Assembly: GCA_001770205.1 (NCBI GenBank)
Contig: MEQL01000023.1
Location: 1 to 62,998 of the forward strand
Length of the DNA stretch: 62,998 nt
Source of the DNA: Bdellovibrionales bacterium RIFOXYD12_FULL_39_22
GTDB lineage: Bacteria; Bdellovibrionota; Bacteriovoracia; Bacteriovoracales; Bacteriovoracaceae
Reading direction: 5' to 3'
This document shows positions 43,127-52,720 of the stretch, one piece after another. Numbering within the stretch: position 1 is the stretch's first letter; each line of letters opens with the position of its first letter. The notes beneath the pieces were generated by a model, which was given only the letters and a program-made list of their open reading frames with translations, did not search any database and was not told the DNA's origin. A program made the position numbers and the translations under genes.

Positions 43127-46100
43127 ATGAGAAACTATTTACTCTCAATACACTCGGTGATGCTTTTAGTGATGCTGGCCATCTTGTCAGCATGTAAACT
43201 TGATCCCAGTGTGGCAGTCTCTGCCGGTAAAAGCACCCCCGCCTCGCTTTCCCTTACTGGCCACGAATTAGGAGTTAGAGAAACTGGTGAAGAATTTGAT
43301 TTTTCTATCACTTTAAAAAATAACGGCAACGTCGCAGCAAAAGAGCTAAAATTAATCACTCAACTTTCAACGCCCTTCACTTTTAAAGATGGTGAATATC
43401 CTGGTACAGGCGGTGACTGTCACAACCAGGTGGCCGGCAATGACGAATGCACAATCGTGGTTACCTTCAAAAGTGAAGAAGATGGTGAATACCTCACCGA
43501 TTTAAGTTTCTCCTACAATGACGGTGTAGAAATAAAGAAATCTGCCAACACCCTCCGGCTGCAAACTAAAACCAAGGCAAAATTGGTAGTCCGTACAATG
43601 ACGGAAGAAGATCAACTGACCAGCTTCAACTTTGGGATTAAATCACTTGGAACTTCTCATTTGCAAACACTTTATCTGGTAAACGAAGGAAGCTTTGATG
43701 CAACCATCATTGCTACTCCCGTAATGAGCGCACCTATCATCTATAACGGTAATGGTGTGTTTCCAGGATTAGGTGGAAGCTGCGGAGGAATCGTGGCCGG
43801 TAATAGCTCTTGCTCCATCATCGTTGCCTTTGCACCAGAAGTAGTTGGGCCCGAGGCCAGAAATCTCAATTTGCAATACTCTGACGGAGTTGGAAACATC
43901 ACTACCTTAGGATACGCCATCTTTGGAATAAGTGCCAATCTGCGCGGCAACATCGTCTTCGATGACGGAGAGGCCTACCAACTTGGCAACTATCCAATAA
44001 ACACCCCCAGCAACGGATACGTCTATCAGGTGGTGGTAAATAACACTCGAGAAATTGATTCTATCAATTTAACAGCGTCTCTCTCGAATCTATCCGATTT
44101 CAGTTTTTTAGGAGGGAGTTATCCCGGCCTTGGCGGCAACTGCAGCACCACTTTAGCGTCACAGTCAAATTGCTCTATCTTTCTCTCGTTCCATCCACAA
44201 AGTTTAGGGATTAAAGAGAGTATTCTGCGCATAGATTTTAATGACAATAACGAACTTGACCCACAAAATAGTTTTTCCCAAATTATCTACAGCGGAAATG
44301 GAGTAAATCCTGGAAACTTGCAGGTAACACTTGAATCCCCTTCTACCGTTTTTGAACTACTAGAATCTGGAGGAGTCGAGAGCAAAACCTTTATGCTGAG
44401 GAATGTTGGAAGTTACAAAGTATCAGATATTCGCGCCGGAGAGATGCCCTCTCCCTTCTTATGGGACGGAGGAACCTGTTTTGCCACCAACGCGCTTATC
44501 GCTCCCAACGGAACTTGCACTATCGTAGTGAAATTTGCACCAACCATTGCCGGCAGTTTTTCGACTCCGCTACCGTTAATCTACAACGGCGGACAAGGAG
44601 AAACATCTACCTCCGCTATCATCATTTCTGGAAGTTCTTCGGCAGTTGGTAAATTGACCACTACACATTCCGAGATTGGCACTGATCTGGTAATACCGCC
44701 ATCGATGTTCGGAGCGATCACTAGCGATTACACCATAACGCTAGAGAATATTGGAGAAGCAGTTGCCTCAGAGATAACTTTCCCCTTGGCCACCGATATT
44801 GCTCCTTTTGAAGTGGTTAGCAACAATTGTGGGACGGCCCTAAATGCTGGTGCCAGTTGTCAATTTGTTATCCATTTCTCCCCAACTACCGCTGGCCAAT
44901 ACACCAGATCTTTCTACATCAACTACAATAATCAAATACGCCTAAGCAGTCGCCTCTTCTCTCTTGTCTCTTCCGCACTCTCCGCGGCAACATTTGATTT
45001 ATCTCCGACAACTTTGGATTTAAAAGGGGCCAATGTTGGTGATACCGTAAGTGATTTCATCACCCTCACTAATCTGGGTACCGCTAGTGCAACGGGAATA
45101 ACGGCCGTAAATATTGCGCCACCTTTTTCCATTGTTCCAGGCGGCACATGCCTTTCGACTTCCAATTTTGTCCTTCCTCAACTGAGGCCAGGATATTCCA
45201 ACACCTATGACATTGCTTGTACTTTACGGGTGAATTTTACACCCTCGGCCTTAGGTGCCTTTAATGGTGAAGTGGCCTTCTCTTTTTATAACGGAGAGGC
45301 AACTGTTACTTCTGGAACGATCATATTACAAGGTCTGGGAGCAAATCTGGGAAAGCTAGATCTTATCACCCCAACTTTAGGCCCAGGTACCGGGCTTGAT
45401 TTGAATGAGGGTAGTCTATATATGGGGGCCGCAGCACTTAATACAGACGCTTTACAAATTTTTACCTATAGAAATTATGGGGCAGCAAATGCCACCAACA
45501 TCTCACTCTCTGCTCTCTCGGCCCCTTTTTCATATACCGCCGATACATGCAGTGGCGCAACTATCATGCCAAATGGAACTTGCCAATTCACCGTGGCCTT
45601 TCATCCAACAATTAGAAACTACACCCTGAATAATAATCTGTGGCCCTCCATCATTACATTAAATTTTGATGACGGCCTTGAGGCCAAATATAGACGAATT
45701 CTTCTAACCGCCACCGCCAACAACCCTCCCGACATTACTATAGAGGATATCGATGGGGCAGGATCATACGATTACGGCGACGTGGCCGTTAATGTGGCCA
45801 CGCTGCGTGGATATAAAATTAAAAACAATGGCGAAACTGCCGCCACAGGACTTTCTGTCTCCTTGCTAAACATTAGTGACATGCCCTACAGTATAAAAAA
45901 TAGTAATTGCCAAACGTCACTAAGCGCCAAGGCCAACTGTACTTTCAATGTAGAATTTCGGCCGGCACTACAAACTTCATTCATCTCGCAAATTAACACC
46001 ATCTACAGCAATAATAGCGGAGGACAAATACTACCTACAACCTTTGCCATCAGAGGAAACGGCGTAAATCCAGTAGCAGTTATGTCCACCTGGAACGATA

Positions 46101-47347
46101 TATACGCCGCCAGTGACACCGACAGTGGATCTGTACATCTTGGCTGGAACGCCATGACAACTCCTTCCGCCATCACCTTTACTAAATATAATATTTACCG
46201 CGCAGAGACCCCTCTTCCGATTTCCACGGCCGACCTGGCCGCTGGAGGATTTCTTCTGGCCAGTGTAACTGCCGCTAGTAGCAGCTACTACGACACCGAC
46301 CCTTCTCTAGAACTAGGAAAAAGTTATTACTATACCATTCGCCCCATCTACGGTACTGCTCCCGAAACACTAGTAGAAGTTGATGCTGGAGATGTTAGTG
46401 CTCAAATAAAAATTACCATTCCCCCACCCAACATGAGTTTGGTACATCGCTGGATAAGCAACATTGAACAATGTGCCCTAATGGCCAGAGATGTCGATAA
46501 AAATAATAATTTTCGCTGCAACTATGCCGGAATTGATAACAAAGATGGATTCCTTGATCAAGGATATGATCTTTTTGTTGATCGATACGAAACATCTGTT
46601 AACGTAGCTGGTGATGGACAAAGTGTCCCGGCCGTTTTACCTAGTGGCAGACTTAGTCAGCTAGCGGCCAATACCCTTTGCCAAACAATGGAAGAATCAA
46701 TTAATGGATCACTCTATCAAAAACGTCTTCTTCGTCGAACAGAACAAGTTGTGGCCTCCTCCTGGCCGTCAACATTGCTTGATGCTGATAGAGAAAAAAT
46801 TGAAAATGGAACAGTAAGCGGGGCCTGCGCCAATACGCAGACCGAGATTCAAGTGGCCGGCAGTAAGGCCCTCTGCGTCTCTCGTTATGGCATCTACGAT
46901 ATGATCGGCAATCTATGGGAATGGGCATCAGATAGAACTAGTAATGGCATAGGAGTCGCTACTAGTCTTGACCCGGACAATACGGCGATCATAGGAATAT
47001 TTGTCGGAGGTATAAATGCTGGTGCTATTATCAGTAATGCCACTTGTTTTTCGACTGTACTGGGCTCTCCTCGACCGATTTCTGGTGGAGTATGTATGAA
47101 TGACAGCATGGCCATAGCTTCCTTGGGCACGAACAAACTAGAAGGAGACTACTACTGGCCGCCTATTGGCAGTGGCGGCAAAGGTGTGCGCGGCGGAGGG
47201 GGACTAGGAATCAGTGTTACCGATCCCTTTAAAGGAAAATCTGGCCGTTATACTGTTGATTGGTACACCCCTATTAGCCCCACTACCGAAGTTCCTCTTA
47301 CTCACTACCTATATACCGGCGGCAGATGTGGGTTTGCAGTCCACTAA
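43127..47347 (+). CDS. Large surface lipoprotein: Ig-like (ASH/choice-of-anchor-D-type) repeats, FN3 and a C-terminal FGE-sulfatase/CLec domain
   Basis: Lipobox LSAC; repeated L.N.G...A..I.....PF......C...L.....C...V.F.P modules; CVSRYGIYDMIGNLWEW, terminal GGRC. Confidence 0.82.
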   Translation: MRNYLLSIHSVMLLVMLAILSACKLDPSVAVSAGKSTPASLSLTGHELGVRETGEEFDFSITLKNNGNVAAKELKLITQLSTPFTFKDGEYPGTGGDCHNQVAGNDECTIVVTFKSEEDGEYLTDLSFSYNDGVEIKKSANTLRLQTKTKAKLVVRTMTEEDQLTSFNFGIKSLGTSHLQTLYLVNEGSFDATIIATPVMSAPIIYNGNGVFPGLGGSCGGIVAGNSSCSIIVAFAPEVVGPEARNLNLQYSDGVGNITTLGYAIFGISANLRGNIVFDDGEAYQLGNYPINTPSNGYVYQVVVNNTREIDSINLTASLSNLSDFSFLGGSYPGLGGNCSTTLASQSNCSIFLSFHPQSLGIKESILRIDFNDNNELDPQNSFSQIIYSGNGVNPGNLQVTLESPSTVFELLESGGVESKTFMLRNVGSYKVSDIRAGEMPSPFLWDGGTCFATNALIAPNGTCTIVVKFAPTIAGSFSTPLPLIYNGGQGETSTSAIIISGSSSAVGKLTTTHSEIGTDLVIPPSMFGAITSDYTITLENIGEAVASEITFPLATDIAPFEVVSNNCGTALNAGASCQFVIHFSPTTAGQYTRSFYINYNNQIRLSSRLFSLVSSALSAATFDLSPTTLDLKGANVGDTVSDFITLTNLGTASATGITAVNIAPPFSIVPGGTCLSTSNFVLPQLRPGYSNTYDIACTLRVNFTPSALGAFNGEVAFSFYNGEATVTSGTIILQGLGANLGKLDLITPTLGPGTGLDLNEGSLYMGAAALNTDALQIFTYRNYGAANATNISLSALSAPFSYTADTCSGATIMPNGTCQFTVAFHPTIRNYTLNNNLWPSIITLNFDDGLEAKYRRILLTATANNPPDITIEDIDGAGSYDYGDVAVNVATLRGYKIKNNGETAATGLSVSLLNISDMPYSIKNSNCQTSLSAKANCTFNVEFRPALQTSFISQINTIYSNNSGGQILPTTFAIRGNGVNPVAVMSTWNDIYAASDTDSGSVHLGWNAMTTPSAITFTKYNIYRAETPLPISTADLAAGGFLLASVTAASSSYYDTDPSLELGKSYYYTIRPIYGTAPETLVEVDAGDVSAQIKITIPPPNMSLVHRWISNIEQCALMARDVDKNNNFRCNYAGIDNKDGFLDQGYDLFVDRYETSVNVAGDGQSVPAVLPSGRLSQLAANTLCQTMEESINGSLYQKRLLRRTEQVVASSWPSTLLDADREKIENGTVSGACANTQTEIQVAGSKALCVSRYGIYDMIGNLWEWASDRTSNGIGVATSLDPDNTAIIGIFVGGINAGAIISNATCFSTVLGSPRPISGGVCMNDSMAIASLGTNKLEGDYYWPPIGSGGKGVRGGGGLGISVTDPFKGKSGRYTVDWYTPISPTTEVPLTHYLYTGGRCGFAVH

Positions 47348-47354
47348 ATTAATT

Positions 47355-48443
47355 CTAAAACTTTACAACTCCCACTGCCGCAACGGTGGTGATATTATCT
47401 TCGATTTCTTCGTACAACATACCTAACACTTTTTGCTTATATGAGGCGATCTGATAGATCAGCGATAATTCTAATTTATCAGATAAAAAACCAACCCGTA
47501 GTGCATACTCGGAAATATCTCTATCTTCCGCTGAAATATCTAAATCAGTAGTGTACGCTAATGTCCCTATTTTAATTTGCGGAGTAATAAAAAAGTTTTG
47601 CATAAGAAACAACGACAATTCAAACCCATACTCTGTTAATTTATTTTCTACCTCTTCAGCATAATCTTTTTCGCTATCTTGCTTTAACTTGGCAATCAGC
47701 TCTATGTCATTTTGCGCCCACACCAATTCCGCCTCAACACAACTGCGTTCCCCAATCGCCCATTCCCCATCTTGCACCGGTGCCCGCAAGAGATAGGATA
47801 AATCTAAACTGGTTCCCTGGCGCCCTCCTTCGCGAAAATCGCTATACCCAATTGATGCTACGAAATGAGAAAAAGAGATTTTCTGCTCAGAGATTCCAGC
47901 GGTAGCAGAAGAATTACTATCTAATAAAAAGCGGCCACCAAAATAGAAAACGGAAGAGCGAAAACTACCACCAAGGCCCATGGTATTTTGGATAGCTTCG
48001 ATATCTGGCATACCTTCAAATTTTTCAGAAGAGCTCTCATATTCCGCACCTAAAGCAAAACTATCACTCAAGCGCCACCCCAAATAAAGGGCCGTCTCCG
48101 TAACCTTATAATCAATGGCCGGGTTATCAAGATTTTTATATTCACGATTGCCAGTATGATAGCTGGCATCTATCGAAAATTTATCTACGTTTGCAAAAAG
48201 ATATGGAATCATTGCTGACTCATTTATTTGCGACACTTCGCTTCCATCTTGTTTATTAGAAGTAGAAATAACTAAGTATTTCGCTCCTAGGCCATTTCTC
48301 TTTGACCAAGCAGTGGCCAATGAAGAGTTATTCGTTTCTAAATTATGTCGTCTGCTGTAGGGAGTAATGCTTCCGGCCCAAAGCTGTTGATTAAAAACAA
48401 TGGCCCCCAAAAAAAAGGGCAAAACTCGCGCAAATAAATTCAT
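47355..48443 (-). CDS. Outer-membrane beta-barrel (porin-like) protein
   Basis: Signal peptide; many amphipathic strands; terminal Phe (GVVKF). Confidence 0.75.
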   Translation of the reverse strand: MNLFARVLPFFLGAIVFNQQLWAGSITPYSRRHNLETNNSSLATAWSKRNGLGAKYLVISTSNKQDGSEVSQINESAMIPYLFANVDKFSIDASYHTGNREYKNLDNPAIDYKVTETALYLGWRLSDSFALGAEYESSSEKFEGMPDIEAIQNTMGLGGSFRSSVFYFGGRFLLDSNSSATAGISEQKISFSHFVASIGYSDFREGGRQGTSLDLSYLLRAPVQDGEWAIGERSCVEAELVWAQNDIELIAKLKQDSEKDYAEEVENKLTEYGFELSLFLMQNFFITPQIKIGTLAYTTDLDISAEDRDISEYALRVGFLSDKLELSLIYQIASYKQKVLGMLYEEIEDNITTVAAVGVVKF

Positions 48444-48677
48444 CTTTTCTCCATTTTATTTTATTTTATTTTATTCTATTCGCAATATACTCGATACTCC
48501 CTATCATTTTATTTCATGCCTAGAGTGAGAACAATCTTTTTTATGGCCTAATACCCAAGACCTCTTTCTTGACCATTGCGCTCAGGATCTGCCCAGACAA
48601 TATCCTCGTTGACAGTCTCCAAATATTTTTATGTACTCTTGCTAACCTCACTTTCACTTAATCGGAGCAATTGATAT

Positions 48678-49994
48678 ATGATTAATCGATACGACTCTGC
48701 CGAAATCAGCTATATCTGGAGCGACGAATTTAAATTTAAAACATTTCTCCGCGTTGAATTGGCCCTCCTTCGCGCTCTTGAGAGTAATCAAATTATTCCA
48801 CCGAATATTGCTAACGAAGTGGAAAAAAAGGCCCAAATTAATCCTGCCCGCATAGATGAATTGGAATTACAAACGAAGCATGATGTTATTGCTTTTTGCT
48901 CCTCTATTACTGAACAACTTCCTGCTTCTGTTGGTAAATTTTTTCATTACGGTGTAACTTCTTCTGATATCATTGATACTTCTCTATCTCTCCAAATGCG
49001 CGCCTCACTGGAACTAATCGAGAGCAAACTAGTAAAAGTACTCAGCACTCTTAAACATCGCGCACTAGAGTCCAAAAATATTATCTCTATTGGAAGATCT
49101 CATGGAATGCATGCGGAACCTTTAAGTTTTGGCCAGAAATTACTAGGCCATTATTGTGAATTTAAGCGACGTCATGACGATCTAATAACCTTTATGCAAA
49201 CAGAATTAACTGCCCAATTTTCAGGCGCAGTGGGGAACTACACCATTCTCACCCCAGAAGTTGAACTGCAGGCCGCGGCGGCCTTGGGACTTACCGTTGA
49301 AGAGCTATCAACCCAAATTATCCCCCGCGATCATATTGCCAAAGCAGTCTCAATCGGTGCCATGATCGCTGCGGCCATAGAACGCCTAGCGGTAGAAATC
49401 CGCCACCTTTCACGCTCAGAAGTTCAAGATGTAGCAGAGGGATTTTCGAAAAAGCAAAAAGGCTCTTCAACAATGCCTCACAAGAAAAACCCCATCTCTT
49501 CTGAAAATATCTCGGGCCTTGCCCGCGTAATTAAATCGCATCAGGCAATTGCGCTAGAAAATATTGTGCTCTGGCATGAACGCGACATCTCTCATTCCAG
49601 CGCAGAACGGTTATATCTGCCTGATCACTTTGGACTACTTTACTATGCGCTGGGAAGATTAGACGACATGCTAACTAATTTAACTATCAATAAAGAAAAA
49701 ATTGAAAGCAAAATTGCCATCGACTTTAGCTATCTATCCAGTTATTTTTTACATTTAATTATTACCGAATGCGAGATAACTCGCGAAGCGGCCTATGAAA
49801 TTATCCAAAAAAGTTCTTTTGAACTATCTCCTCAAGAAAAGTCCGAAAATAATCTAAAACAATTTATAGATAAGTTAGAGAACAATCTGGCACTCGCTAA
49901 AGTAAAGTACAAACTGCCTTCTCTAGATTTAGAAAAAATTCGCAGCATCTATACCAAACAAATCGACAAAGTATTTAATCGCGTTCTTTCTTAG
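48678..49994 (+). CDS. purB: Adenylosuccinate lyase
   Basis: MINRY, TKHDVIAF, HYGVTSSD, GRSHGMHAEP, GSSTMPHKKNP, WHERDISHSSAER. Confidence 0.97.
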   Translation: MINRYDSAEISYIWSDEFKFKTFLRVELALLRALESNQIIPPNIANEVEKKAQINPARIDELELQTKHDVIAFCSSITEQLPASVGKFFHYGVTSSDIIDTSLSLQMRASLELIESKLVKVLSTLKHRALESKNIISIGRSHGMHAEPLSFGQKLLGHYCEFKRRHDDLITFMQTELTAQFSGAVGNYTILTPEVELQAAAALGLTVEELSTQIIPRDHIAKAVSIGAMIAAAIERLAVEIRHLSRSEVQDVAEGFSKKQKGSSTMPHKKNPISSENISGLARVIKSHQAIALENIVLWHERDISHSSAERLYLPDHFGLLYYALGRLDDMLTNLTINKEKIESKIAIDFSYLSSYFLHLIITECEITREAAYEIIQKSSFELSPQEKSENNLKQFIDKLENNLALAKVKYKLPSLDLEKIRSIYTKQIDKVFNRVLS

Positions 49995-50036
49995 GCCTGG
50001 CCATTTATAATGGCCAACCCTTTAAGCGCATCGCTC

Positions 50037-51266
50037 TTATTTTTCTCCCCACTCGACAGTTAAGGCAACTAAGGTCTCTAGTGATTTATGCATGCCATCT
50101 AGCGATATCCACTCATATCGCCCATGATAGTTGGAACCACCTACAAATATATTCGGCGTTGGCACTCCCATAAAAGATAATCTGGCACCATCCGTTCCTC
50201 CCCGAACTGGTTTTATGCGCGGAGTAATCCCGACTGATTCCATTGAACGCAACAATTTTTTCATCACCTGAGGATGTTTATCTATCACAATTTTCATATT
50301 GCGATATTGCTCTCTAAACTTAAGAACAATCTGCGCCAACGGATATTTTTTCTTTTTCTCCTCTACAATAGCGGCCATTAACTCTTCCATTCCATGCATT
50401 TTGCTAAGATCATGATCTCGGACAATCCCTCTAATTGAGGCCTTCTCAACACCTCCACTTACACTCATAATGCCAATAAATCCTTCATGCTTTTCGGTCG
50501 ATTCGGGTAGCATATTTGCCGGCCAAGCAGCTATGATGTCGGAAGCAATAATAACAGCATTGGCCATTTTATTTTTTGCACTCCCCGGATGAACGCTCTT
50601 ACCACTAATTTCAATTGTCAATTCATCGGCATTAAATGTTTCATTTTCCACAAACCCTACTAAGTCGCCATCAACGGTGTAAGCGGCCTCTGCGGCAAAG
50701 CGCTTAACATCAAAATGATCCATTCCACGGCCAATTTCTTCATCCGGAGTAAAAGCAAAATATATTGGCCCATGCTCCCAAGTTTTCTTTTGTAACAACT
50801 CCACTAATGTCATAAGAATTGCTACTCCCGCCTTATTATCCGCTCCTAGTAAAGTATCTCCGCTAGCGGTTACAATATCGTGCCCTTTGTAGTCCGCTAG
50901 TTCAGGAAAATGTTGAGGCGATAAAATGACATCGTCACTTATTTTGATATCGCCTCCCGAATAAGCACTATGTCGCTTGGGCCTTACATTTTTTCCCGAA
51001 GCATCCTCGGCAGTATCCAAATGGGCCAAAAATCCAATGGCCGGAATATTGGCGGCCGTCTTTTTACTTCCCTCAATAGAAAAATATAAATATCCCCGAT
51101 CAAGATAGGAATTTTTCACTCCCAACTCCTCTAACTCTTTTTGTAATTCTCTGGCCAATAGCTCCTGTCCGGAAGAAGACGGAACAGTAGAACTTTTACT
51201 ATTTGCCTGAGTATCAATCTTTACATATTTTTGGAAACGATTCCAAAGTGACTCTTTCATCTCCAT
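50037..51266 (-). CDS. pepT: Peptidase T (M20B tripeptidase)
   Basis: RFQKYVKIDTQ, AHLDT, LLGADNKAG, FTPDEEIGRG, RGGTDG. Confidence 0.96.
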   Translation of the reverse strand: MEMKESLWNRFQKYVKIDTQANSKSSTVPSSSGQELLARELQKELEELGVKNSYLDRGYLYFSIEGSKKTAANIPAIGFLAHLDTAEDASGKNVRPKRHSAYSGGDIKISDDVILSPQHFPELADYKGHDIVTASGDTLLGADNKAGVAILMTLVELLQKKTWEHGPIYFAFTPDEEIGRGMDHFDVKRFAAEAAYTVDGDLVGFVENETFNADELTIEISGKSVHPGSAKNKMANAVIIASDIIAAWPANMLPESTEKHEGFIGIMSVSGGVEKASIRGIVRDHDLSKMHGMEELMAAIVEEKKKKYPLAQIVLKFREQYRNMKIVIDKHPQVMKKLLRSMESVGITPRIKPVRGGTDGARLSFMGVPTPNIFVGGSNYHGRYEWISLDGMHKSLETLVALTVEWGEK

Positions 51267-51409
51267 AATAAGCTCTCCTTTAATTTATTATTATTGGCGA
51301 AAATTATCGGGTAGAAAAATTGATTATACAAGAGCGAGATTATTTCCACTGGCCCTAGGCCATAAGTAACGATATTATTTGTTAATCAGGCCTAGGCCTA
51401 AAAACAAGG

Positions 51410-52720
51410 ATGTTTTTTATGCTATCAGTTCTTTTTAATCCTAGAATGCTAGTAACGCTGCTCATGGCGTTTTCTTCTGGAATTCCTTTGGCACTAACCA
51501 GCTCCACTTTACAGGCCTGGATGACTGAAGAGAAAATCGACATTGGAACCATGGGAATTTTTTCACTAATCGCCTTGCCATATTCGCTAAAATTTCTATG
51601 GGCACCACTAATTGACCGCTACGTTCCACCACTTTTAGGAAGACGGACTGGATGGATTTTAATTGCTCAACTAATGCTGGCCCTTTCTATCGCGGCCATG
51701 GGCTTTATTCCCCCTTCGGCCATGGTTTCCTACTGGCCCTTGGCCCTCGTTCCTCTTTTAGTCGCTTTTTTTAGTGCCTCTCAAGATATTGTTGTTGATG
51801 CTTATCGAGCAGATCTACTTACTCCTAAAGAGCGAGGTTTTGGATCGGCCTTATACGTTACCGGCTACCGAATTGCCATGCTAGTTTCTGGCGGCGTTAC
51901 GCTAATTTTAGCGGATCATATGCCCTGGAAATCAGTTTATCTGATTATGTCTGCCACTATGATAGTAGGAATTTTGGCCTCAATTTTTGCCCCTGAACCT
52001 GCCCAGTCGGTGGCAACTCCCAAAACACTAAAAGATGCCGTGGCCCTACCCTTTATAGATTTCTTCACGAGAAAGGGAGCATATGAAATTTTAGTTTTCG
52101 TCCTCCTATATAAAATGGACGTTGTCATGACGGTTGCCTTTACTACAAAGTTCATGATGGATCTTGGTTTTTCTAAAACCGAAATTGGAATCGTCTTTAA
52201 ATTTTTTGGCCTTTTTGCCACTTTGGGAGGAACTTTACTTGGTGGTGCGGCGATGGTGCGACTCGGATTAAAAAAGTCCCTATGGTTATTTGGCATCACA
52301 CAAGGCGCGGCCGGATTAACCTTTATGTGGCTGGCCACCCAAGGAATGCAAAAATCTATCAATCTATTTGAGATCATAAAAAATTTCTCCGGCCTAACAT
52401 TTTCTTTTTTGGAAGAACTAGGAACGATTGATCCCCTCATGGTCAGCTCTATCGCCATAGAAAACTTTTGCAGTGGGATGGGCAACGCTGCCTATTCTGC
52501 TTTCCTTTTAAGTTTATGTTCTAAAAAATTCAGCGCAACCCAATTTGCGCTGCTAACCAGTTTAATGGCCGCCTCACGTACTATCATTCAAACACCATCA
52601 GGGTACATTCAAGCGGCCGTGGGTTGGCCGATGTATTATCTAATTGCCACCCTGATTGCAATTCCCAGTTTATTGATGCTTTTGCGCTATGATAGGTGGC
52701 ATAAATTAGATGAAGAATAA
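51410..52720 (+). CDS. ampG: Muropeptide MFS transporter
   Basis: FSSGIP, LKFLWAPLID, ASQDIVVDAYR, ATQFALLTSL. Confidence 0.93.
   Translation: MFFMLSVLFNPRMLVTLLMAFSSGIPLALTSSTLQAWMTEEKIDIGTMGIFSLIALPYSLKFLWAPLIDRYVPPLLGRRTGWILIAQLMLALSIAAMGFIPPSAMVSYWPLALVPLLVAFFSASQDIVVDAYRADLLTPKERGFGSALYVTGYRIAMLVSGGVTLILADHMPWKSVYLIMSATMIVGILASIFAPEPAQSVATPKTLKDAVALPFIDFFTRKGAYEILVFVLLYKMDVVMTVAFTTKFMMDLGFSKTEIGIVFKFFGLFATLGGTLLGGAAMVRLGLKKSLWLFGITQGAAGLTFMWLATQGMQKSINLFEIIKNFSGLTFSFLEELGTIDPLMVSSIAIENFCSGMGNAAYSAFLLSLCSKKFSATQFALLTSLMAASRTIIQTPSGYIQAAVGWPMYYLIATLIAIPSLLMLLRYDRWHKLDEE

Noticed and set aside
35219..47347. Diversity-generating retroelement targeting the CLec/FGE domains
   Set aside because: No reverse transcriptase and no template repeat with adenine-specific mismatches were seen in the window; a remote DGR cannot be excluded.
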